Shown: piece after piece, positions 24,901 through 37,900 of the stretch
Numbering within the stretch: position 1 is the first letter of the stretch
Layout: each line of letters begins with the position of its first letter
Source of the DNA: Chrysomallon squamiferum
Taxonomy: Eukaryota; Animalia; Mollusca
Length of the DNA stretch: 64,000 nt
Direction of reading: 5' to 3'
Assembly (NCBI GenBank): GCA_012295275.1
Contig: CM022668.1
Coordinates: 1,116,001-1,180,000 of the forward strand
Notes under the pieces: model-generated
The model's input: the letters and a program-made list of their open reading frames with translations, nothing else
Told to the model about the DNA's origin: nothing
The model's database searches: none
Made by a program: the position numbers and the translations under genes

Positions 24901-27900
24901 CCAGGCCTTCAGAAGTTTGTTACGATCTTCTTCACTCAGATCCTGCAGTTCTTCCTCACTTGGTTTTGGTGGACTGTCTCTTCCCTTTCTGGTTTGTAGC
25001 TTAGCAAGGAAGTTCACAGCTTTATTGTTGAGATCTTGCTGACTTTTCTTGTTATCAGCAATTAATTCTTCTGTCTGAGGCTTAGATAAACCAAGATTTC
25101 TAATCTTGTCTTCAAAATCTGAATCTGTCTCTTCTTTGACAGTATCTTCTGTGACTGATGACTTACGTATTTCACCATCCATTTGATCCTGTTCTTGCTG
25201 AAGTCTCTTTAGATCTCTTACCAAATCCTCAAATTTCTTCAAGTCTTGAGAAGGAACAGCATCAGGAGAAATGTTTCTAGCATTGGCTTCCTGGACATGT
25301 CTTCGATGAAGATCTTTCTTCCTCTGACGGCGAAGATCTGCTAGTTTCCTTCTCATGGCAGCCAGCTGCTGCTGTTTCTGTTTCTCCAGTGCTTCATCTA
25401 ACTTCTGCATTCTTGCAGCATATTCTGTCAAAATTTTCTCTTTCTCCTCTTCTACTTTGGCATCTTTAAGTTTCTTCTCAACATCAGCAGTAATTTCACC
25501 TACCAGATCTTGTTTTTTGTTGTCATATTCACTCAGGATTTCATTAATGCTCTCTATTTCACCAGTTTTCAGTTCATTTTCTAGTTTGGCTGCTTCATAA
25601 GCTTGTTTCTCAAACAAATATTTTTGCTGTTCATTTTTGGCATCTTCTGTCATGGTACCAGTTTGCTGAAATTTAGCAGGATCACCAATGACAACAACTG
25701 AGTCTGTTGAAGCTGTTTCTGTCTTCTGATTCTCACCACTCTGAACATGGGTGGTCTGCTGTACCTTAGGCTTTCCTGGAGTCTTTGATGCTTTGACCTC
25801 ATCCTGACCATGATCTTGATCATCTCTTGTGCCAGTTTGTCCTGTAATGTTGATATTTGTGATGTTAGCTCCACTGCCTCCTCCAATATTAATAAGGTTT
25901 AGTAGTTCTGGCGAAAGATAGAATGGTCCACCTGCCTGCAACATTGCTATCAGCTGTTTTAACAATGGTATCAATTCAGAGTCACTACTATCAATAATGT
26001 TACCAAAACCATATGCTCCAGCAAGCTGAGCATCATAATCCCCAGCTAACAGAGCACTTCTGGTCAGTACAACCTTGGCCTCAGCAGCACAAAGTTCGCA
26101 CTTCTGTCTGGCATATTCCAGTGTAGAATGAGCATGGTCAAGAGTCTCCATTCTAGATGTAATCTGATCTCGAAGTTCATGTTGTAGTCGAGTCTTTGCC
26201 TGGTTGTAACGCTGCAGTGCAGAGTATTCAGCCTCAGGGTTCATTGCTCCTTCCAAGTCAGCCTTCCTGTCTTTGTAACGCTTTTCTTCCTCCTGCAGTT
26301 TGCTAAAGAATTTCCTCACAGTGTCTGTGTATTTGACATGAGCAGAAATGTGACACTCCTCACAGTCTCTCTCCATGATGTCTGAGTCTGTAAGCACTGA
26401 CACAACGTCTGGTGGAACCACTGCTGTGAAGTCTTGCTGTGCAGCTCCTCGCCTCTGCAGCTCTCTCTTGAAGTTTTCACTCAACTTCTGAGCATCTACA
26501 TCTATTTCTTCCAGAATTTTCCTCAGAGAATGGCTGCTCAGAGAGTCTATGTCATACAACAGCTGGTGCGAGAGTTTGTGCTCTCTCAGAGTCACGTCAC
26601 TTTCTTTCTGTCGTTGTCGTCGCCAGAACCCCTGACGAGCAATTACTTCTTCTTCCAGCAGGGCAAGGGCACCAGGTGGAGCTTTTTGTTTGTGATGGCC
26701 ACCTGTTGCCAAGGTTACAGGCACAGTCATCATATTTTCAGGATTCCGCCTGACACCAATCACAGGACTAAGATCACCTGTGACAGCATCAACAGCCTTT
26801 CTGCCTATCATGATGGGAACAAGTCCTGTAACAATAAAAATCATCATAATGTAACAAGTAAAATAACCTTTAACAGTGACTGAAAAAAAAACCTGTGTTT
26901 GTCATTTTGGCAATGTAAATTAACGATTTTGATTATTAAGACAATGTTATCTTTTGTATTATTTAATTAGATATATATATATATTTTGCCTACATGAATA
27001 TTAAATAAAGTGAAAAACATAAACTACCTTCTCCTCCAGGATCTTCCATTGTTCCTCCAAGTGGAATAACTCTCCCTGTGCTCTTTTCAACTTCCACACC
27101 AAGTACTGGTACTTGCTGTATGGAGCCTGCCGGGTCTGACATGTATGTTCCTATCAGTATTGGTAACAGCTGTCCTGTCTTAGAGAACTCATACATCCCT
27201 AAACAGAACACATAAACAGATATGTTAAACACTCAAACCTCCTTTTTCTTACTGACTGACTGAATTAATTTTTATCCACAGCTCAGTATATTGTGAAGTT
27301 AACATTCATAGTAATATAACTCTCAGCAAAGCATTTGTTACAATCAGGACATTTTTTAAAACATTAACACTTTACCTGGTGAACCACCTGTAGTTGCTAG
27401 GAGACTGGAACGATCTTTTCTTCTAACCAAGTCCTGTCTTGTTCTTAACAGCTGTGCCTTCATCCGTGTTCGAGCCTGTGACAATTCCTTTATTGCTGCA
27501 TCTAGAGTTGTCTCCTCATGTCTGATGTTTGGATTGTCACCTCGTTCACCTTGGTTTTCAATATTTGTAATTATTATTTAAAAATAATGAATGTAACAAA
27601 AGACAGCAACATAACATACATTAAAACTCTGTTAGCTTTGAAATGTCACTGGTTTAGTCAATTATCTGATAGTTCAGTAAAACATCTGACTGGCATTGAT
27701 GATGACTAAAGAAGTTAAATTTGATTCTAAACACCTCATGTTATGAGTGTTTCACAAATAATATCTGGGTAATAAGATAAATGGTACCACATTATTGATT
27801 GCAATTTGCTACTTTTAATTAATATCATGATAAACTATGACACATTAATGTTTCGCTAAGAATTTTCTACCTGCAGCATACAGAGCTTCCTTGTACTCTC

Positions 27901-30900
27901 TTACAGTTTCTAGCACTCGCGCTTCAATTGCCAAAACATTGGCATCAAGTTGTGCTTGGTATCCTCCAGCAGATGGCAGCACAGTTACATCTCTAAGGTA
28001 ACCACCATGGATACGAACATGTTTGCCACTTAGTGAGTCCACAAAAGTGTCACCAAGAATGATGGGAATATCTCCATGGTTACCAGGTTTGGTTCCACCA
28101 ACAGGTACAACTGCTCCTAAAAGAAAATATAATAACTTATTTAAATACTAAATTTTAAATTACTCTTTGGCTAATCTACGTGATTTGTTTTACAATGGTG
28201 TCAGAATTGTATGTATGCAAGTGTTCACTGCTGATCACAAAGCTAGGTTCAACCATTCTTCATTCCACTGTTTTGCTTCTGTGTCTTTTATGTGATGGAA
28301 ATAGATATTTTCTTGTTTTTGTTTTAATGTACCCAGATATCTGTTAAACTGTATCTCAGTAGTTACATTTCTTTTCTATACACTAACTATAGATAATTTT
28401 ATTAAGAAATAATTTTTAAGCTTTTCAAGACCCCATTAATGAAATAAGGAAATATAATGCAACACCAAATGCTAAAAGAAATAAGCATTAATAATTATAA
28501 TAAGTAAATAAACTGCCTTTAAATGTCAATATATGTAAATAATTAGAGTCTTGTTTAACTATCCATACATAATACTCTTTTATGGGAAAATATGCAATTA
28601 CAAACTCTTAAAGGTAGTTTTTCAACTTTAAATTAATTAGCAGCAAAGTTATGTAGATGGCCTAGAAATCTTAGGGTCTGAAGAAAAACAGAAAAGTAAC
28701 CAGACAAGTGAATGCTTGCACAATCCCACAATTCAATTTTATGTACACGGAGATCTCAGGAATGGATCATGAAACTTTGGTGTTGCTATGGTGGAAGTTT
28801 CATTAAGATCGGTTTCTCGTTTGTTTTGGTATGGTAATTATGCAGAGTAATCTGTGTCATTAAATAACATATCTCAAAACTTGATTTTAATGTAATTATT
28901 TTGATTCTCCTTAATTTTTCATCAAATGGATACTTATAGTTGAATATAAAAAAAAAAAAACAAAACAACAAATGTACCTGTATCTTGGTCCAGTGCTATA
29001 GAAAGTATTGGAACTGGTTGTCCACTGTTAGCGTCAATCATGAATGAACCAATCTCAATGGGAACAGGAAGTCCGGTCACTGGGTCTGTGTGAATGCCAC
29101 CTACAGGCAGCACTGTGCCTGTGGATGGATGGACAGTCACACCGAGTATTGGTACGTGAAGACCACAGACAGGGTCTGGGATCGGTGCACCATACCTCAG
29201 TTCCGACTTGGTCTCCAGTGGCTGCAGTTTTGTACTAACAGGGGACCCAGTCACTCGGTTTATTGGGTATGGAATGTAAGGGATGTAAGGATCTTCTGAT
29301 CTTACAGTCTCACCTGGGAAAAATACAACAAATTATTAAGTTTCTAGTTTTATTTCCAGGATAAACCTTTCAATTCTACAAGCTTTTTAAAATGAGATGC
29401 AACAAAAAGAAAAATGAACTATTTTATATCTATAAATTTTCTGGTCTGCACAGAAATCAATAAAAGTTTTTTGAAGTAATTTTGTTATTTGGAAAAATAT
29501 TTTTGCATTTAAATAATCCATTATTTTAAAAACATTATTACATTTTTAAAATATTTATTCCACTTAAAAATTTTAAAACATTAGCCCTGCAGCACCTGTA
29601 TACAATGAATCTTAATCCTTCTTAAATACCAGTGAATAAAAATACATGGTTCTGTTTTACATCTACCTGTGGCAGAGTCCACTATGAAAACGAGTCTGGT
29701 TGTCACAGGATCATATGCAATGTTGCCATGCATTGGAAGAACGTGTCCGGTTTGTGGATGTACAAAGTAGTCACTGGGTATGGCAACTACACTGCCATCA
29801 GCTAACAACATCTGTGTGCCTGTTTTAGGCAGAATCAAACCAGTTTTAGGATCCATGCTGATAAGATTGGGCTTCATAATTTTCATATCTGAACCTAAAA
29901 TATATCAAAAGAAATAAATGTTGATTATATTATTGCATTATATTATTTAATTACTTATTTAATAGTAATTAAATATAGCTGATATTAATTATGTGTTCAA
30001 TACTAAAATCTTCCCGACACAGTAAACTGGAATTTATTCTTACAGATTGCCATACAGAAATGGAAGCAAAAACCTTTTGCATTAAGAAATGCATCTTAAT
30101 TCTTTTATCTTTATCTTCATTTACACTAGATATGATAAACTAAATATAGATGGACACGTTATAGAGAAATTTCTAACAACTTACTGATGAGATCAGTTCG
30201 AGTGAGAGGAGTATGAGTTCCTGGCTGCACAATCTGACCTCCGGTGCCCTCTCCCAGGATTCCCCAGGCTCCAACTCTGCGACATTCATCTGAGACATCA
30301 TTGGACATCTGGTTGATAAGTAGTGCAACTCGTCTATCAATGTCATTGTGCATCTCATGGTCAAACTGTCCATCTTGCACCAACTGACCTCTCTGCATCT
30401 TGCTAGCGTGCTCCATCAGCAGCCTCTTAGCCTCCCGCAAACCTGCTTCGTATGTGACCTTTCAGTGTGAAACATCAAAACAGCTTGAATACACTGTGAT
30501 GTACTTTTTAATAACTTTTTTACTAATGTTAAAAATAAAAATCAAGAAATGTTTTATTTAACAACATATTAAATAAATTGCATTTTCTTTCACATTACCT
30601 TCTCAAAGGCAGCAAAGAAAACACACTCCAACAATAAAAAATAATTTATTTATAATTTGATTACTATAGAGTAAATAGAAAATTTATTGTCAAACAAAAG
30701 ATTAAACAAATATTTTTAATATTATTTCTTATAAAGATGAATTAAATAATAAATAAAGACTTTATTCATTCAAAATACAAACAAGGGAGGTAATTACCTG
30801 ATGTTTTTTCCTTCCTGCCTCATCCTCATCCATTAATTGTTCTTGTCGTTCTAGAATTGCCACAAACTGTCTTCCAACATCCTTCCTTCTCTCTAACTCT

Positions 30901-33900
30901 ATCTCCAGTTCTTCCATCTTTCTTTCATAGGAAGCCATATCCTCTTGTGTAGCCAATGCAGTCCTGCCACGCAGGTTCATCTTAGCAGCCCAAAGACCTT
31001 TGAGAGATTCTGTCTGATTGGCTATTTTCTGGTACATCTGTTTCACCTCATCCTTCTGTTTGCCGATGGTCTGAGTGACGCTGCGGGACTGTTTGGAGAG
31101 TGTTTGATACAGCTGTTTCACACTGAATGCTTCCAGATCTAACTGTCTGTCATAATCCCAGAACTCATCATTCTTCACTTCAACTGCAGAAGCTGCAACA
31201 ATTATTACAGTATGTTTAGTTTTATATTATTAGCTATATGATGAAAAACCTCATTTTCAATGATAAAAAAATATGTATTGATAAACATTTCTTACAGCAA
31301 CCTCTAATAACTTGGTGTCATTTTCTTTTGTCTCAGTTTTTACTTTTTATATAATTAGCAGATCTGTTAAACATTAAGATTGATAAATTCATTTGTATAC
31401 TTATTTATTATTTCTCATACAGATATAGATAAAACTGCCATTAAACAATATAAAAACTTGCCATCTAAGAGAGCAGCCTGTTTTTCAAACCCACTGCCAG
31501 ACTCAGCTACTGTCAGCGCCTGCAGGTTTCTGTGGAATTTTTTGACAGGATGGACTGTCGAACCCTTGCTAGCATAATCATCAAAGTTGAATCTTTGTGC
31601 CATGAAGCGGTAAAATGGGTACAGGTAGGATGTTTTAGTCCAGCCGTATTTTCTGAATAACACCTGCAAATATAAGTAATATGTTAGTACAGCCCTAGCA
31701 ACCAAAATAAACCGCCTACAGATATCTTCCTATTTTTAGAGAAAAGAAAAACAAAACAAAATCAACAAAAAGTAAAATATCTACAACTTGTTGTAATTTC
31801 TTTCTATTAAAAGCCTTTAATTAACATTTTAACAAAAAGTTACAAGAATTGAATACTTCCAGAAAAACGATAAAGAAAACATTTAACAATTTCTGAAAGT
31901 TTTCACTAAGCATTGAACTGTTCTGTTTATGTGTCTCAATTGACTGGTGTGTCTAAAAAATGCAGTATTTGATTTGGAAATATTGTTATGTTTCAGGTTT
32001 CACAGTGATTTCATGAGTAAGATTACAAGTCAATTTATGGGATCTCACATTATTTTAGTTGTATAATTCTGTATAATTAATTTTTACATCTATCAAAAGA
32101 TAAAAAAAAAAGTTATACAAATAAATAAACTATCAAAAATTCACTAATGTATCATGTTCAGTTATAAAGTATGTTATTTAAAACAAAAAAACAAAAATTT
32201 TGTGTACCACAATCTAAATATTTAAATTTCACTTTATTAAATGATAAATATTTCCAATAAAAACTGTTTTACTCCTATGCCATAAAATGACCTCCTGAAC
32301 ATAATTTCTTCTTTCAAGTGAAACTCACCAACAAGAGCAACATTAGAATCATGACCAGGAAACCTGCTGCTAACAGAATAAAAATAATCTGCCAGTCAGG
32401 AGTTTTCAGAATATCCTGGGAGACAGCAATGCCATTTTGTATGATGTAACGCGATGTTGTCGGGAAAAACGGTCCATCTTCTGTACATGTTGCATCCTGG
32501 GCCATCACTCTAACATACTAATAAATAAATTAATTAATTAAATTAATTAATTAAACAAACAAATAACACAACTGTAAAAAAAGTAGCAAATCAGCATAAA
32601 GTAATTATAAATTAACAATTAAAAGGGATGGATACTTATATACTGTTTTCTCTATTAGTCATCAAAATTATTTTTTAATTTTTATTTCACAGTAAAAATA
32701 AAGCATAAAAAATCTATTACACAAATGATAAAATTTTTAAATTTAGCTATCTCACAGTAAATTGATAAAAAGTCTGTCTAAGCTTTTTTCTAACTTGTAT
32801 CCAACTTGTGATTAAAAATTCATAGTATAACCATGATTTTACAAGCTATTATTATTCAGTTATTCAATGACTAAGTCTAAACAGATTTTTGTTTACCATT
32901 TTGCGGTTGATGTTGCTGCTGAGGTAGAACACATAAACTCCAGGGTCTTTGAACCTGTATGCAAACAATGTTGTTGTTGTGGAAACCTGAGACTGTGCTT
33001 CCATTAGCTCTCGGAAACCACCATAATCAAACTTGGTGTTGGTGTTGTACAGGTTGTTTCTGTGTTAAACAAGTAGATGTACAATAAGGTCTCAAAGTTT
33101 TTAATTATCATACTTTTATTATTTACTTTATTCATCATATAAAAAAAACTGAATGTATGATTTTTAAGACTAAATTTAAATTTTTTTCTGACTTGAAATA
33201 CTAATTTCTTTTCTTTTTTTTATGTTACTAACCTGTCACATTCTGGATTGTTATTACATTACTGAGCTGTCATGTTTTGGATAGTTGTTACATGACTAAC
33301 CTCTCATATATTGGATAATTATTATCATTAACCTGTCATATGTTGCTATATTACTAACCAGTCATATTTTGGATAGTTGTTACATGACTAACCTGTCATA
33401 TATTGGATAGTTGTTATATTACTAACCTGTCATATATTGGATAGTTATTGTTATCCACATAGAAGAAAATTATCTGGCCATAGTTCAGACAAACAACAGG
33501 ATTAGCTATTCCACTGAAGAGAGAACTATTTACTGTAGATGTTGCAAGAAGCCGTCGTCGACCCAGGTATGTTGAGCTGTAGTCTGTGTCCACAGTGATG
33601 TTGCCAGAAATGTTTCCCTTCACATGGAAGTCCAGCCAGTCAACAAGCTGTTCAATGTTTGGTTCATACACACCAAGGAACTTTGAACCTCCACATTCCA
33701 CAATTCCTATTGGGTACTCAGTGACTCCATATTTCTCACACTGGTCATCTGTGATTGATTCTCTGGTGTTGACACCTTTCAGAAGTTTTGAACTGGGAAA
33801 CTGTTTCTGAGAACACAAATTTCAAAAATATAAATTAATCTTTTTGAAATTCAACATTATTTTAATTTGTCACATGACACTTTACAACTGATAGGCCACA

Positions 33901-34898
33901 GATTGAATAGTAGTGTTTATGTCAATAAATTACTTTATTTATCCCAACACTAAAATTACATCAGATGTTAGAGATAAGGGAAACTAAAGCAATGTTAATT
34001 AAAATAGGAAATCATTCCACAGAAACATCAATGATAACTAAGCTGCATCCTGAAGTTGAACATTAATAAAAACACATTTGTGAACTGAGATACTCACTCT
34101 GACAGAGTTGTCTGTATTTCTTATCTGTATGTAAGGCTCCAGTGGCTTGGCAGGACAGACAAAGGTCAGTCGGTCACGCTGTTTCTTTCGACATTCCAAA
34201 CTACAAACAACCTCAAGGTCATCTGCTTTGCAGAGACACAGACCAAGACTTCCATCATATCCTTTATAGTCATTGTCACATACCTGTATCATACATATAG
34301 CATCCTTTATAGTCATTGTCACATACCTGTATTGCACATATAACATGGTTTATAGTCATTGTCAAATACAACAATAATGATTGATAACAGAAATTTATGA
34401 TGGAAATAAAAACATTTTCACAAAATATAGAGGAAAGAAATGATATTAAAATATTTTGGTTATGTCCTCCAGCATTACTGTCAACCATCCCATACAGAAT
34501 TAAAGCAAAACTGGTTAGTCACTGTCAAGTTTTATACATGCTCATCAATGATGTCAATGTATATTATTAAATTTTCTGGATGGATGGATGAACAAATGAA
34601 TGAGTGAATAATACCTGTTCAGAACAATAGGTCACCCACTGGTCAGCACTCATACACTGACCATTCTGATTACGATATGACCCTTCAGTACAAAGGTCAT
34701 AGACCTGCTTAATACAGTCCTGCTGGTTTCCAAATTCCAAGTATCCTGCTTTACATGGACAGTTCTTGTCACTGGGCTGTAATCAAACACTTTTTTTTCA
34801 AATTCAAATTCTTTGTTTCTATAATATTTACTTATTTATTTATTTGATAAAAATCTTGTAGTATTATTTACTTGATTTATTTATTTTTTATATACAAG

Positions 34899-34946
<48 letters not shown>

Positions 34947-37900
34947 TGTATGTATGTATGTATGTATGTATGTCTGTCTGTATGTATGTATGTATGTGTC
35001 TGTATGTATGTATGTTTGTATGGGATGGATGGATGAATGTCTGTATGTATGTATGTATGTCTGTCTGTCTGTATGTATGTATGGATGGATGTATGTATGT
35101 ATGTATGTATGGATGTTTGTATGTTTGTATGTATGTATGTATGTATGGATGGATGGATATCTGTATGTATGTATGTATGGATGTATGGATCTATACCTAT
35201 AGCAATGTTAGTATTAAAGTATGACTATTTACTTGGAAGTCTCTGCCTGCTCCAGTGCAGTCACATGTTATAGATCCTATTTTTGGTTGCTTTGCTTCAC
35301 TTCCACACACAAAGCATGCTTTCTGGGCCTCCAGATGATTGAAGTGGTCAACGGCACATGGATTGCAATCAGACAGACTTCCCATTCCATTTGAAGGATT
35401 GTATGTACCCTGTGGACATGGAGTAGCCTGAGAACTGTTTTTAGGGCAGTAGTAGCCTAAAAAATTATATAGATCATTATAAACAAAATTACATATATAC
35501 CCAAACTGGGAAAAACAGTGTTTTGAAAACATGACAATAAACCATCTGTGACTTTTAAACAAAATCTGTATGTAAAATAACTAATTAAAACAAGTGGTAT
35601 AATAAGAGACATTTTAAAATAATACCGTTTTTGTTAAGAAAAGAATTTTACCTGGTGGACATAAGTAAGAGTTTGTAGCATAGAAGCCAGCAGACCAAAC
35701 TAATGAACTGTCGTTGGCAACAGGATTGTCAGTTGTGGCCTTCGCAAGGCAGACAACTCCAGCACGACATGGCTCACACTGAGTTCGGTTGGGGTCAGCA
35801 CCAAATGTTCCTGGCAGACATGGTTCACATGTGTCATTGAAAGTTCTTCTGAGAGAGCCATCATATTCCTTGTAGCCAAGCGGACACTTCTTGGGTTCAA
35901 TAGCTCCTGAAGTGAAGACAAGAAGAGAAACATACTGAATTAATGGGAGATTATACTTCTAAATGAATCCACAGTCAGTATCACACCTTCTAATTCAGGC
36001 AATATGTTTGTTAAATTATCTTTGGAATAGCAGAGAATAAAAAAAATTCTGAAATCTATATTCAATTTTAATTTAAATTTAAAAAACATTTAAAAATTAA
36101 GTCTTTCAAGAATCTGATTAATGTATTCAAAGCTCATACCTGCATCAGTATTATTACAGTCAGTAACAGCACCACAGTAATGACCAACTGGACATGGTAT
36201 GGGAAAACTGGAGCCCACTGGGCAATAATAACCTGGTGGACATGGCTTCTGATCCATTGACATATTGCAGTAATATCCTAGAGTGATAAAACATTGACAT
36301 ATTGCAGTAATATCCTAGAGTGATAAAACATTGACATATTGCAGTAATATCCTAGAGTGATAAAACATTGACATATTGCAGTAATATCCTAGAGTGATAA
36401 AACATTGACATATTGCAGTAATATCCTAGAGTGATAAAACATTGACATATTGCAGTAATATCCTAGAGTGATAAAACATTGACATATTGCAGTAATATCC
36501 TAGAGTGATAAAACATTGAAATATTGCAAGAGTATCAAAGGGACAAAAAACATAAAAATGTTGCAAAAGCATCCATGAGAAAAACATTGACATGATACAG
36601 TGACATTTAAGTCAGGATACCATAACATAATTATGTTTATTAACACGTACAAATATGGTAAAATTTAATACAAAAGAATGATTATTTCACCAAAATCACA
36701 CCCTCATTTGCATGAACCCTGCTCCTTATATGTCACAAAATACAAATTATAATTGTTCATTTTGAAAAATGCAATAAATTCACCGTGAAATAAAAATAGT
36801 TTAGTAAAGCAATAAACTTTATTTTTAATCTTAAACTTTGATGACCAAAGTTGAATTTCAGTAAAATTGTAACTGTAATAAAATTAAACAAAAGTGAATA
36901 AAAGATAGAAACCTGCTTGGCAGACTGTCTGGTTTTGTGATCCAGGGATACAGACAAAGCCCTCATCACACTGGATTCCAGAGTAAGTCATGTTTGTGTC
37001 AGGGCAGTACTTTCCAGCAGGACAGAGATGGCAGTCACTAACACTACCAGCAGCTATTGTATCTCTGTAACAAATGCACAGTTGATGTAAACAGCAAATT
37101 TAAAACAAAGATTTGCATAAAAAATCTGTATTTTACTAGATCTATACTAATTTCACTAGATCTATACTAATTTCACTAGATCTATACTAATTTCACTAGA
37201 TCAATACTAATTTCACTAGATCTATACTAATTTCACTAGATCTATACTAATTTCACTAGATCTATACTAATTTCACTAGATCAATACTAATTTCACTAGA
37301 TCTATACTAATTTCACTAGATCTATAATTTCACTAGATCTATACTAATTACACTATTCTCAAATACACAAAGTTATATTTTATTACCTAAATCATACATT
37401 TATCATCACCATAGTTACTAATGAAGCTTCTGTCTGTATTATTCTGTGTTTATCTGCAGTTTAAATGCACTTCTAACATAGCAGAAAACACTAAAATCAG
37501 CCTGAGTTATAACAATTTCTTAATTTTCAATTGCTCAGCCAAAACTTCTAAATGTCTTATTATTTGTTTCTTATGAAATGAACCTGTAAGTTCCAACTGG
37601 ACATGGCTCTGGTGCATCTGTGGCATTTGTACAGTAGAAGCCAGGACTGCAGGGGTTAATAGTGTAATTTGCAATTCCCTCCGTGTTACACCAGTATCCT
37701 GGCGGGCAGGGCTTGCACCAGCTGATGTCCTTACCACCCTGTTCATCATTGTACGTTTTAACTGGACATGGCTGAAAACAAATAGTTTGTGAACAACACA
37801 TATTAATGGAACAATCTTTTATGTAATGAACAGTTTTAAATTTTTTATTAAATGAGGCTTATGTAACTCGAATGTGCTTTACTTGTCTATTCATGTTGGT

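Noticed and set aside
36255-37350. 37-bp and 20-bp arrays as CRISPR-like repeats
   Set aside because: Head-to-tail units with no unique spacers, eukaryotic intronic context and no cas genes.
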